Positions 16,690 through 25,584 of a DNA stretch of 32,000 nucleotides are shown piece by piece. Location: the NCBI RefSeq assembly GCF_001545095.1, contig NZ_CP013213.1, positions 630,001-662,000 of the forward strand, in the 5' to 3' direction. Source of the DNA: Erysipelothrix larvae. GTDB taxonomy: Bacteria; Bacillota_I; Bacilli_A; Erysipelotrichales; Erysipelotrichaceae. Below the pieces are notes generated by a model. The model did no database searches. It saw only the letters and a program-made list of their open reading frames with translations, and had not been told where the DNA came from. The translations under genes and the position numbers were made by a program. Numbering within the stretch: the first letter of the stretch is position 1; each line of letters opens with the position of its first letter.

Positions 16690-17505
16690 ATGAACATCAA
16701 AATTGGTGATTTTTCGAAGATGAATGACATTTCTATACAGACCTTACGCTATTACGATAAGATTGGACTTTTGAAACCAGCAACTATTGATTCTGAGACG
16801 GGGTATCGTTATTATAATGTTGGCCAATGCAGCCTAGTGGATACCATTCTCTATTTGAGATCGCTTGATTTCTCACTGAAAGATATTCGACAATTCTTAA
16901 CGCAATCAGGCAGCAAGGTTGAACAAATCCTCTTAGATAAACAAGAAGCCTTAATTGAGGAGCGACAACGGATTGATGAGCAAATCTTTTTGATGCGACA
17001 TTACACACAAGCGTATCAGTGTTTTGAAACCAACCAGGAACTGTATCAATTCGCAATTGAAACATTCCCCAAACGCTATGCATATCAAGAAACCATTGAA
17101 GGTTCGATCTATGCAATGGATGATGATGCCTATGAGCTTTGTCTTCGACAATTTAAAAAACAAATGAAAAACTCTAATCTCAATCGTATGTATTTCAACC
17201 GGATAGGTACAATAATCCAATATGATGATTTTAAAAACCAACAGTTTTTTTCAAATCAAATGTTTGTATTTGTACCCAAGCACCTCGCCAATGTCGTCTT
17301 CCCAAAAGGGGACTATGCAGTCACTTATGTCTATGAGTTTGAAAGTGAAAAAAACACCCTGTCTTCGTTTTATAAAAGCATCAAAGATCATGGCTATAAA
17401 CCAAGTGGGGATTATTATTGTGAGGTCGTGATGGAAAAACCATACCTAAACCTCGAACAACGCTCGATGTTTATTCGAATGCAGGTGCCCGTTGGGCTTA
17501 TTTAA
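16690..17505 (+). CDS. MerR-family regulator with a C-terminal effector-binding (GyrI/BmrR-like) domain
   Basis: The N-terminal MerR HTH is IGDFSKMNDISIQTLRYYDKIGLLKP...GYRYY, followed by a coiled-coil linker. At 271 aa its length is similar to BmrR-type proteins. It is divergent from the oxidoreductase gene. The intergenic region holds the inverted repeat TCTATA-N5-TATAGA at about 16653-16669. Confidence 0.8.
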   Translation: MNIKIGDFSKMNDISIQTLRYYDKIGLLKPATIDSETGYRYYNVGQCSLVDTILYLRSLDFSLKDIRQFLTQSGSKVEQILLDKQEALIEERQRIDEQIFLMRHYTQAYQCFETNQELYQFAIETFPKRYAYQETIEGSIYAMDDDAYELCLRQFKKQMKNSNLNRMYFNRIGTIIQYDDFKNQQFFSNQMFVFVPKHLANVVFPKGDYAVTYVYEFESEKNTLSSFYKSIKDHGYKPSGDYYCEVVMEKPYLNLEQRSMFIRMQVPVGLI

Positions 17506-17677
17506 ACAATACCCATGCTCTTTTTTAAAGCAGTCTTTCACACAGGTTCCACGCTACTGAAAGGGTTTAATGAACGTATTTTTTTCTGTAAGATCTTTAG
17601 AAAATAAGTATACTTTATGAGTATCATGATATATGATGAATATAAAGTAAGGATTCAAAAGACCATGGAGGAACCTA

Positions 17678-18154
17678 ATGACAAAGTATGAAAAAGCAAT
17701 TAAGTTAATGAATGATTATTGTGGTAAAGGGAAAGACAATGTAATTGCCCTTGCGACCATTGCATGTGATGAAAACAGTGATGGGAAACTTCGTCCTTCT
17801 GTAAGAATGGTTGATGCCTATTATGAAGAAGGCGTGTTTTACATCTCAACCAGTGCATCCAAAAAGAAAATGAAAGAAATTGAAGCGAACCCAGAGGTAT
17901 GTGTGAGTGGATTGGATTTATTTTCAGTTCACGGTTTTGCGGAAAACCTGGGGTGGGTTAAGGATGAAAAGAATGCTGAAATCAGAGCTAAAATGACGAA
18001 GTATTTTGATTGGTTTACCATTCATGCAGATGAAAATAACCCGGATTCAATCGTATTAAAGGTAACCTTGACAGATGGTGTCTTGACGGATAATGAACGC
18101 ACCTATGATGACTTGATGTATCATGTAGATTTCATAAAGAAAGAAGCAGTGTAA
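17678..18154 (+). CDS. Pyridoxamine 5'-phosphate oxidase-like (FMN-binding split-barrel) family protein
   Basis: 158 aa. The pattern ALATI...G.PSVRMVDAYYEEGVFYISTSASKKKMKEIEANPEV is typical of the PNPOx / general-stress-26-like fold. GGAGGA sits 6 nt upstream. Confidence 0.55.
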   Translation: MTKYEKAIKLMNDYCGKGKDNVIALATIACDENSDGKLRPSVRMVDAYYEEGVFYISTSASKKKMKEIEANPEVCVSGLDLFSVHGFAENLGWVKDEKNAEIRAKMTKYFDWFTIHADENNPDSIVLKVTLTDGVLTDNERTYDDLMYHVDFIKKEAV

Positions 18155-18261
18155 CGTTAAGTCAAGTGCTGATCACATGATGCGTATGCATTCAAGTGGT
18201 GGCACTTTTTTTACCTTTAACTGATACACCCAACAACGATAAACGGAAAGGTAACGTATTG

Positions 18262-18900
18262 ATGACACAACATAAAAGAAAACAGTATAAAACGATGATT
18301 TATGATATCGATGGAACCTTAATCAATACCCTTGATATGAATATGCGACCGTTACAAAAAATCATTGAAGAAGAAACCGGTGAAGCTTGGCCCTATGAAA
18401 AAGTGCTTCAGTTTGCATCGCTACCAGGTATGAAGGTGATGGAGATTTTTGACTTTAAACATAAAGACACAGTGTACCAAAGATGGGTTGAAGCTGTGAA
18501 TGCATATGAAGGGGGTGCAACTGTGTATGATGGCATCCGTGATGTTCTTGATGCATATCAGAACAAAGGGGTCATACAAGCGGTTGTATCGTCAAAAACC
18601 AAAGCACAATATGACATTGATGTGGTTCAAAAAGGGTTGGGTCATTATTTTGAAACAGCTGTCCTTGCGGAAGATACAGACCAACACAAACCCCATCCAC
18701 AACCCATTTTGGAGTGTTTAAAGCGGTTGGGTATTTCGCATAAAGATGCCCTATATATCGGTGATACCCTATCCGATTATCAAGCAGCACAAGCCGCTCA
18801 CGTTGACTTTGGATATGCTGTGTGGGGAAGTGTTTCAAGTGTTGGTATTGATAATCCAACCTATGTATTTCACAGCGTTGATGAACTCACTCCCGATTAA
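18262..18900 (+). CDS. HAD-superfamily hydrolase (phosphatase, PGP/PGM-like subfamily)
   Basis: Motif I is MIYDIDGTLINT, motif II VVSSKT and motif IV GDTLSDYQAA. I prefer the ATG at 18262 over the track GTG at 18196. Confidence 0.8.
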   Translation: MTQHKRKQYKTMIYDIDGTLINTLDMNMRPLQKIIEEETGEAWPYEKVLQFASLPGMKVMEIFDFKHKDTVYQRWVEAVNAYEGGATVYDGIRDVLDAYQNKGVIQAVVSSKTKAQYDIDVVQKGLGHYFETAVLAEDTDQHKPHPQPILECLKRLGISHKDALYIGDTLSDYQAAQAAHVDFGYAVWGSVSSVGIDNPTYVFHSVDELTPD

Positions 18901-19035
18901 AATAACGTTTCGTCAACAATTTTTTAGTTTTTTTGTTTCCTAAGTGGTTTATTAGTCCGGAAACAGGTGTCTTCATGATTCTTACGTTTAGCTTCTATAA
19001 TAGAAATAAGCTATAAAAACGTGAAGGAGATAATT

Positions 19036-19953
19036 ATGAAACGACTCTTAGATTGTACGGCTTCAGATTTTAGAAAGATGAATAAAGAAGAAAGAATCCA
19101 ATCCATTGCCTTGAGTGAAGGACGGGTAATTGTGTCGGAAATGACCTTACTCAATCATCCTTTATCGCTGTCATGTGCATCCATGGGTGAGTTGTATGCG
19201 GCATTTGGAACAGATATATTGTTGTTGAATATGTTTGATGTATTCAATCCTGAAATTAATGGAGTGTCTGTTAAGAATCCAAACGATGTCATCCGTGAAC
19301 TCAAACGATTGACGGGGAAATTGGTGGGGATAAATTTAGAACCGGTTGATGAAACCAAACCTGTAATTGGTAAAACCTTTGAGGTACCACAAGGACGACA
19401 AGGAACGAAAGCGTGTGCTCTAAAGGCCAAAGAATTAGGGGTTGATTTGATTGTGTTGACGGGGAATCCAGGAACAGGCGTGAGTAATGATTCCATTCTT
19501 TCCAGTATCAAAGTGCTCAAGGAAACAGTGGGAGACGATATCATTCTTGTTGCGGGGAAAATGCATGGTGCAGGCAGTCTTAATGAAGCGGGTGAAAACA
19601 TCATCAATCAAGAAACCATTCAACACTTTGTACAAGCGGGGGCGGATATTATCTTGCTTCCAGCACCCGGGACCGTACCTGGAATTGGCTTTGAGTTTGT
19701 GAAGGCCATGGTTCACGTTGCGCACACGTTAGGTGCTTTAACACTGACTGCGATTGGAACCTCTCAAGAGGAATCCACAACCGGTACGATTGAGCGTATT
19801 GCCTTAATGTGCAAAATGGCAGGCACGGATATTCACCATATTGGGGATGCGGGGTATGCATCAACAGTTCCAGAAACCATTATGACCTACAGTAAGGTGA
19901 TTCGAGGCAAACGTCATACCTATAATCGGATGGCAACCTCACCCATGCGTTAA
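19036..19953 (+). CDS. Conserved hypothetical protein, possibly an alpha/beta (TIM-barrel-like) enzyme
   Basis: 305 aa from the ATG at 19036 (GAAGGAG upstream). The track start at 19021 is a GTG inside the RBS. Alternating hydrophobic-strand and helix patterns (DLIVLTGNPGTG, DIILLPAPGT) suggest a barrel enzyme. I do not recognise the family. Confidence 0.45.
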   Translation: MKRLLDCTASDFRKMNKEERIQSIALSEGRVIVSEMTLLNHPLSLSCASMGELYAAFGTDILLLNMFDVFNPEINGVSVKNPNDVIRELKRLTGKLVGINLEPVDETKPVIGKTFEVPQGRQGTKACALKAKELGVDLIVLTGNPGTGVSNDSILSSIKVLKETVGDDIILVAGKMHGAGSLNEAGENIINQETIQHFVQAGADIILLPAPGTVPGIGFEFVKAMVHVAHTLGALTLTAIGTSQEESTTGTIERIALMCKMAGTDIHHIGDAGYASTVPETIMTYSKVIRGKRHTYNRMATSPMR

Positions 19954-19995
19954 AAAACTTCGACGTGATCCATTGCGGATTAGTCGAAGTTTTTT
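19952..19995. terminator. Bidirectional intrinsic terminator
   Basis: AAAAAACTTCGAC (19952-19964) pairs perfectly with GTCGAAGTTTTTT (19983-19995). This gives U-runs in both orientations. It overlaps the scrK stop codon. Confidence 0.65.
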
Positions 19996-20891
19996 ACTTC
20001 ATAATCAATATCAGGAATTGCGCCATGTTGACTGACAACACGGGCACTAATCTGACGTGCATAGTCCAGTGCAAAAGGGAGTGTGCTGTGTTGCCATCTT
20101 TCAAAGGATTCATGTGAGTTTGAAAGCGATGCGAGCACCATTGCGATAAAACTATCGCCTGCACCGGTTGTATCGACTTGAGGTACATTGAGTGAGTCGG
20201 TATGAATATAGGTACCGTCTTGTGTGAGTGTAATGGAACCGTCCTTTCCCATCGTACAAATCACAAGTTGTTGATGTGTTTGAAGCTGTTTAAGTCCCGC
20301 TTTGATATCCTGTGTGCCACATAACCACTTAAGCTCTTCTTCATTAACTTTGATGATGTCACACAAGGGAATACATTTCATAACCGTTTCATAGGCAAGG
20401 TCTACGTTTTCCCAAAGTTTTTCACGAAGATTGACATCAAAACTGATAATCCCCCCAAGTGCTTTGCATTTGTTGATTGCATGGAGATGTGCGCTCAGTG
20501 TTGTTTCATAAGGCACCAGTCCCAAGGAACAAAAATGAAGAATGTCACGGGGTTTAAAAGGGATGCGGTCAATATCTTCAATGCTTAAAAATAAATCTGA
20601 ACTTCGATCACGATAAAACTGGAAACTGCGATCACCTTCAGTGTGTGACACCAGTGCGAGTGCTGTTTTATGAGGGCTCTTTGTTAAGGGAAAGTAGATA
20701 TCATTATCTATGAGAAATTGATGCATGGATGATCCAAAGGCATCTTCGCTTATTTTCCCTACAAACAGTGCAGGGGTGTTACTGCGTCGTATATGACACG
20801 CGACATTGGCGGGTGCGCCTCCAATATAAGGAACATATGCATCGCCTTCTTGCATTAAATCAATAAGCATTTCTCCAATACTATAGATCAT
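19980..20891 (-). CDS. scrK: Fructokinase (PfkB/ribokinase family)
   Basis: 303 aa. The N-terminus reads GEMLIDL...GGAPANVA, and the C-terminal PfkB signature is DTTGAGDSFIA. It overlaps the scrB end by 11 nt, and a GGAGGA RBS lies inside scrB. Confidence 0.85.
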   Translation of the reverse strand: MIYSIGEMLIDLMQEGDAYVPYIGGAPANVACHIRRSNTPALFVGKISEDAFGSSMHQFLIDNDIYFPLTKSPHKTALALVSHTEGDRSFQFYRDRSSDLFLSIEDIDRIPFKPRDILHFCSLGLVPYETTLSAHLHAINKCKALGGIISFDVNLREKLWENVDLAYETVMKCIPLCDIIKVNEEELKWLCGTQDIKAGLKQLQTHQQLVICTMGKDGSITLTQDGTYIHTDSLNVPQVDTTGAGDSFIAMVLASLSNSHESFERWQHSTLPFALDYARQISARVVSQHGAIPDIDYEVKNFD

Positions 20892-22281
20892 GGTTTATGT
20901 CCTCCAGTTCATAATAGGTGATTTCGAGATCTTTGGTGGGTGTGTGAATCACAACACTCCCTTCAGTTTCCTGAGGGAAGAACCGGGAAGTCATTGTGAA
21001 TTTTCCTGAATTAATGAAAATTTCAATTGTAGATGTATCTCTGAAAACGTGTATATTTTTGAGTCCTTCTTCTATGTTTAACGTTCGTATTTCCCCAAAC
21101 TCGATTGCGAAACGATTGTTAAAGTTGCTCCGGTCTAAAGTTAGCATCTTTGATGTTTCGTTATAGTGTAGGACTAACGATTCTCCATTATCATTATGAT
21201 ACAATTCAATCTTAAAGTCACCATTAATTTTATCTATGTAAAGTTCATATATCTTAAGAAGTTTTGATAATTCGGAAGGGCACTTTCTTAATTTATGTAG
21301 GTTGGGGTGGGGGGTTTGATATAAAAACCCTTCTTGAACATGAAGGCGTCGTGGTAATGAAAGAACGTGTGCCCAACCATGTTTGTCGCTGGGATAATTA
21401 TCTACTGCTGAGCCAACCCATGCAAATAGTACGCGTTCTTCTTCTTCATCAAGGAATGTTTGAGCTGCATAAAAATCAAACCCATGATCAATTAAATGGG
21501 GTTCGATATCATCGACAAATTCATTCGTTTTGAAGTTGTATTGCCCAATACAATATACATTCGGATAAATATTAAACATATTTTTTGGTGAATTAAAAGC
21601 ACCTTGCGGGCAGAATAGAAGGACATCGCTCCCGTCTATAGAAAATAGATCTGGACACTCCCACATATATCCGAAATCATTGTATCGCGTTTTTATCTCA
21701 CCCACGAAGGACCAAGACATAGGGTTGTTTGAAGTATACATAAGCGCAGTTCCACTTAAGTTTTCTCGTTGTGCCCCGATGATCATATAATATTGAGACC
21801 CTTTTTTGAATACTTTTGGATCTCTGAAGTGGTCCGTATATCCAGTTGGGACTGAGTCAATCAAAACTTTCTTCTCAGTGATTCTATGTTCACCTACTAT
21901 AGCATGCATTTGATATGAGTTTCGATGATTGTCATCATCACGCTGATTTCCTGTGTAAAATAAATGAATTTGGTCATCGATTTCTATTGCAGAACCAGAG
22001 TACGCACCATTTTTATCGTACTGGGTGTCAGGGGACAAAATTCGGTTATCAGGAATCCAGTGAATTAAGTCTGTGGAGGTAACGTGATTCCAATATTTTA
22101 GGCCATGTTTGGGTTCGTGTGGATGCCATTGATAAAAGACATGGTACACACCGTTGTGATAGATAAGGCCATTTGGATCGTTTAATAATCCAGTTGGTGG
22201 TTGTATATGAAATAGATTTCGCCAAATATCACGCTTGACGTAATCTTTATTGTTATTGATTTTATTATTTTTTTTGTTCAT
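20881..22281 (-). CDS. scrB: Sucrose-6-phosphate hydrolase (GH32)
   Basis: GH32 catalytic motifs are present: LNDPNGLIYHNGVYHVFYQWHP, FRDPKVF and WECPDLF. It is 466 aa with a GGAGGTG RBS. Confidence 0.9.
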   Translation of the reverse strand: MNKKNNKINNNKDYVKRDIWRNLFHIQPPTGLLNDPNGLIYHNGVYHVFYQWHPHEPKHGLKYWNHVTSTDLIHWIPDNRILSPDTQYDKNGAYSGSAIEIDDQIHLFYTGNQRDDDNHRNSYQMHAIVGEHRITEKKVLIDSVPTGYTDHFRDPKVFKKGSQYYMIIGAQRENLSGTALMYTSNNPMSWSFVGEIKTRYNDFGYMWECPDLFSIDGSDVLLFCPQGAFNSPKNMFNIYPNVYCIGQYNFKTNEFVDDIEPHLIDHGFDFYAAQTFLDEEEERVLFAWVGSAVDNYPSDKHGWAHVLSLPRRLHVQEGFLYQTPHPNLHKLRKCPSELSKLLKIYELYIDKINGDFKIELYHNDNGESLVLHYNETSKMLTLDRSNFNNRFAIEFGEIRTLNIEEGLKNIHVFRDTSTIEIFINSGKFTMTSRFFPQETEGSVVIHTPTKDLEITYYELEDINHDL

Positions 22282-22300
22282 TTAAGGCACCTCCAATTAA

Positions 22301-22316
22301 GTGGCAACGATACCAC
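22301..22316. promoter_or_regulatory. LacI-type operator copy 1 (scrB-proximal)
   Basis: GTGGCAACGATACCAC is a near-palindromic 16-mer 20 nt upstream of the scrB start. It differs by one base from the copy at 22419-22434. Confidence 0.55.
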
Positions 22317-22418
22317 ATAAAAAGCATAACACAATCAAGTAAAACACGCAATAATTGAAATAAATTTTGTGAAAGGGGTTGCTTTTTAGGAAATGTAGTG
22401 ATAATCTAGATGCATGAC

Positions 22419-22434
22419 GTGGTAACGATACCAC
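22419..22434. promoter_or_regulatory. LacI-type operator copy 2 (scrA-proximal)
   Basis: GTGGTAACGATACCAC has outer arms GTGGTA and TACCAC that are perfectly inverted. It lies just downstream of a possible -10 box, GATAAT (22400-22405), and 32 nt upstream of the scrA ATG. Confidence 0.55.
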
Positions 22435-22465
22435 ATTTCATCAAAAAATAGAGGAGGAAACAGTT

Positions 22466-23839
22466 ATGGATTACAAGGTTATTGCACATCGAATTCTTTC
22501 TGCCGTTGGTGGGAAAGATAATCTTCAAAACTTTGAGCATTGCGCGACACGATTAAGAATCATAGTAGTGGATGACTCTCGTGTAGACTCAATGCAGATT
22601 GAGGCGCTCAAAGAAGAAATTGGAGGATACTTTTATCAAACAGGTCAACACCAATTTATTATTGGAACTGGGAAAGTAAATTATGTTTATGAAGCGTTTA
22701 AGGAGTTAAGTGGGGATTCCCAAAATGAAATGTCAGATTTTAAGAAAGATGCATATTCGAATCTAAAACCAATGCAAAAATTAATGCGAATATTTGCGGA
22801 TGTACTTGTTCCACTAATCCCCGCGCTTGTTACTACGGGGCTTCTTATGGGGATTCGAGGGCTCATCACAAATCTAGGGGTTGAAATGACACCAGAGTTC
22901 CTAACACTGTTTGAAATGGTGACTGATGTTGCGTTCGCGTTTCTACCTGTGTTGATTACATATTCTGCAACCAAACGATTCGGTGGAAATCCAATATTAG
23001 GGATTGTTGTGGGTCTTATGATGGTTGCTCCACAACTTCCAAACGCTTGGGCGGTTGCATCGGGTGATGCCAATCCTCTAGTAATAAGTATTTTTGGACT
23101 ATCCATAAACATTGTTGGGTATCAAGGTTCAGTACTTCCTGGTATTTTTGCTGGATGGTTAATTGCATATGTGGAGCGAAATGTACGTAAAGTAGTGCCT
23201 TCAATGATGGATTTGATCATCACACCATTTACATCAATCCTTGTATCAATTACCGTTATTTTATTTGTAGTCGGACCGATTCTCCATGGAGTAGAGAATT
23301 TCTCAACACAAGGTGTTTTGGCTCTTACGCAAATGCCGTTTGGAATTGGCCACATCATTTATGCAGCATTCCAACAGATCATCGTGATTACAGGATTGCA
23401 TCATGCATTAAGTATGATTGAAATCCAATTGATTACAGAAACAGGTGTTAACATTCTTCAACCACTAGGTACAGCTTCGATGGCGGGGCAGTTTGGAGCT
23501 GCGATTGCTGTCGCAACTTTAATTCGCAACAATAAACAAAGATCGAATGCAGTATCTGCATCTATATCTACATTATTCGGAATTACAGAGCCATTACTCT
23601 TTGGTGTTACTTTACCTAATCCAAAAGCATTCGTAATGGGTATGATTGGTGGAGCAGTTGGAGGGGTTGTGACATTCTTGCTAAATGTTGCTCCAGCAGG
23701 GATGGGAATCACCTTTATACCGGGATTATTACTCTATACTGATTCGTTTGGATCGCTTATTGGATATGTTTTGGTAATTCTGAGTGCATTTACCGCAGCA
23801 TTTGTCTTAACACGGCTTTTTGTTAAAGTAGAAGCATAA
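22466..23839 (+). CDS. scrA: PTS sucrose-specific EIIBC component (no fused EIIA)
   Basis: The N-terminal EIIB carries the phospho-Cys motif NFEHCATRLRI, followed by a polytopic EIIC. It is 457 aa with an AGGAGGA RBS. It sits in scr gene context. Confidence 0.9.
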   Translation: MDYKVIAHRILSAVGGKDNLQNFEHCATRLRIIVVDDSRVDSMQIEALKEEIGGYFYQTGQHQFIIGTGKVNYVYEAFKELSGDSQNEMSDFKKDAYSNLKPMQKLMRIFADVLVPLIPALVTTGLLMGIRGLITNLGVEMTPEFLTLFEMVTDVAFAFLPVLITYSATKRFGGNPILGIVVGLMMVAPQLPNAWAVASGDANPLVISIFGLSINIVGYQGSVLPGIFAGWLIAYVERNVRKVVPSMMDLIITPFTSILVSITVILFVVGPILHGVENFSTQGVLALTQMPFGIGHIIYAAFQQIIVITGLHHALSMIEIQLITETGVNILQPLGTASMAGQFGAAIAVATLIRNNKQRSNAVSASISTLFGITEPLLFGVTLPNPKAFVMGMIGGAVGGVVTFLLNVAPAGMGITFIPGLLLYTDSFGSLIGYVLVILSAFTAAFVLTRLFVKVEA

Positions 23840-23841
23840 AT

Positions 23842-23889
23842 AAAACCTCCGTCTCAGATCATATTGATTGATCTTAAAACGGAGGTTTT
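23842..23889. terminator. Bidirectional terminator between scrA and scrR
   Basis: AAAACCTCCGT (23842-23852) pairs with ACGGAGGTTTT (23879-23889). There are A- and T-runs on both sides. It overlaps the scrR stop. Confidence 0.65.
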
Positions 23890-24847
23890 ATTGTGTTGAA
23901 CTGCGTTGAATAATTGATAGTTCGATATCCTGTGATTCAAATGTATAATCAGGAACTAAATAGCTCATCATTTTGTGAGCTGCATTTTGTCCAAAAGCTT
24001 GATAGTCAATATTTAGTGTTGTTAGTGTTGGGTGGATAAATTGACTTAGATCATAGTTTCCAATCCCCATAATTTTTACATCGTCTGGGACTAAGATATT
24101 GTTTTCTTGTAAGTATTTTAACGCACCAATTGATATATTATCAGTAGCCCCAACAATGATGTCGAACTTAATCGTCGACGATTCCCGATCCATTATATGG
24201 TAAGCTTCTTCTTGGCTAAATCCAGAAATAAGGGTTCTGACCGATTTGTTTATAGAATCAAGGAATCCTTTTTTTCTGTTAACTCCCACTGCGCAATCAC
24301 TTTCAGAGACAGATAAGTATAAAATGTTATCAACATCTAGTTCATTTACATATTGTCCGGCTAGAAATCCGATTTTATAGTCGTCCAAAGTAATACTGTC
24401 TATTTGAGGGTGGGATTGTCCGGTAAATAATATTGGTGTTCTTGAAGATTTTGCTAAGAGTACATGCTCATCTGTAATGGCGTGGGCCATTACGATGATT
24501 CCATCAAATCCTTGACCAGCGATTCGTCGGATTGAACCAATTTCATCTTCTTCAATCGTATTCTTGGGGACCACAACCATTTGATACCCTAATTTTGATA
24601 AAACTGAGTTCATCCCTTTTAGTGATTGTATTGCGGTAAATGAATCAAGCCGAGGAATAATGATTGCGATGAGTTTACTTTTATTGGTCTTCAAACCACG
24701 TGCGAAAACATTCACTTGATACCCTGTGGACTCAATGGCGTTTTTTATCTTCGCTTTATTTTCGTCGCTGACATACCCATTATTAAAATACCGTGACACG
24801 GTACTTATTGAAACACCTGCAGCTTCTGCAACATCTTTGATTGTCAT
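23888..24847 (-). CDS. scrR: LacI-family sucrose operon repressor
   Basis: The N-terminal HTH is MTIKDVAEAAGVSISTVSRYFNN, followed by a periplasmic-binding-protein-like core. It is 319 aa and adjacent to scrA. Confidence 0.85.
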   Translation of the reverse strand: MTIKDVAEAAGVSISTVSRYFNNGYVSDENKAKIKNAIESTGYQVNVFARGLKTNKSKLIAIIIPRLDSFTAIQSLKGMNSVLSKLGYQMVVVPKNTIEEDEIGSIRRIAGQGFDGIIVMAHAITDEHVLLAKSSRTPILFTGQSHPQIDSITLDDYKIGFLAGQYVNELDVDNILYLSVSESDCAVGVNRKKGFLDSINKSVRTLISGFSQEEAYHIMDRESSTIKFDIIVGATDNISIGALKYLQENNILVPDDVKIMGIGNYDLSQFIHPTLTTLNIDYQAFGQNAAHKMMSYLVPDYTFESQDIELSIIQRSSTQ

Positions 24848-25101
24848 ACCATCACCTCAGCTCTATTGTATCACAACATCGAAACCTCAGGTTCACAAAA
24901 AATACTTGAGGTTTTTTGTGGAAAGTGAGCGGTGTGAAATGGCTGTACATGTGATCCTTATTTTGTGAATCATTATTCTATCAACCTAAAGATTCACGAT
25001 AAGTGATGTGTATTGTGGTTTAGTTATGCTCTATAAAAAAGATAAATTAAGAGTGGTGTCACTTTTGCAAGGTTTTATTTGTAATAAGTGTAGGAGGGTA
25101 G

Positions 25102-25404
25102 ATGATGAGAGACGATTTATTTTTAAAGGTTTTGAATCAAAACAAAGATCCGATGTTTCGCTATTGTGTTTCAATCACACATAATTTTCATGATGCAGAG
25201 GATTTGGTTCAAGAAGCATTTATAAAATTATATGAATTAGAAATTGACGATGAAACGCATGCCAAAAATTGGCTGTATAAAGTCTGCCATAATGCAGGGG
25301 TACTTGAATACGCAGTCCCTATGTATCGCTTCCATGTTTATGTTGAAGGTGTTGCGATTGATGGGGAGGAACTCCTGGTTGAGCTCTTTGTTCCTGCGCT
25401 TTAA
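25102..25404 (+). CDS. Sigma-70/ECF-like region-2-only ORF (probably a truncated sigma factor remnant)
   Basis: The stretch FRYCVSITHNFHDAEDLVQEAFIKLYE...AKNWLYKVCHNA matches sigma-70 regions 2.1-2.4. The sequence then diverges and stops after 100 aa. No region 4 appears in any frame. An AGGAGGG RBS is present. Confidence 0.5.
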   Translation: MMRDDLFLKVLNQNKDPMFRYCVSITHNFHDAEDLVQEAFIKLYELEIDDETHAKNWLYKVCHNAGVLEYAVPMYRFHVYVEGVAIDGEELLVELFVPAL

Positions 25405-25428
25405 AATCATGGGATTTTACGTCAAAAC

Positions 25429-25449
25429 AAAAGACCTTCGGGTCTTTTT
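25429..25449 (+). terminator. Intrinsic terminator
   Basis: AAAAGACC-TTCG-GGTCTTTT is followed by T. Confidence 0.65.
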
Positions 25450-25584
25450 GTGTGTGAACTTTTGGTGAACACCCTTTTTCACATAAAATTATCATCAAAA
25501 ACACAAAGAATATCACGTAAAATTCAAGGATAATCATATTAAGAAAAAGGTTTATATGGTAAAATAGACTATGAAAGGAATCGT

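Noticed and set aside
14450-17431. Track ORFs 14450-14803, 15176-15418, 16196-16633, 16784-17116, 16951-17241 and 17222-17431
   Set aside because: They are antisense or out of frame within the permease, oxidoreductase and MerR genes. Translations are Cys/His/Ile-rich nonsense typical of shadow frames.
18500-20188. Track ORFs 18500-18721, 18572-18859, 18746-18943, 19155-19607, 19435-19725, 19487-19702, 19649-19864 and 19994-20188
   Set aside because: They overlap the HAD gene, the 305-aa gene or scrK in other frames, with no start signals.
21264-23712. Track ORFs 21264-21533 (+), 22687-23112, 23016-23204, 23122-23358 and 23458-23712 (-), antisense to scrB or scrA
   Set aside because: They are shadows of strongly supported genes.
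24726-25537. Track ORFs 24726-24968 (+), 25244-25468 (+) and 25319-25537 (-). I also considered whether 25244-25468 could be a frameshifted continuation of the sigma-like ORF.
   Set aside because: The first is antisense to the scrR HTH region. The +1 frame translation (MTMKRMPKIGCIKSAIMQGYL...) has no sigma region 3 or 4 character, so a simple frameshift does not rescue a full-length sigma factor.
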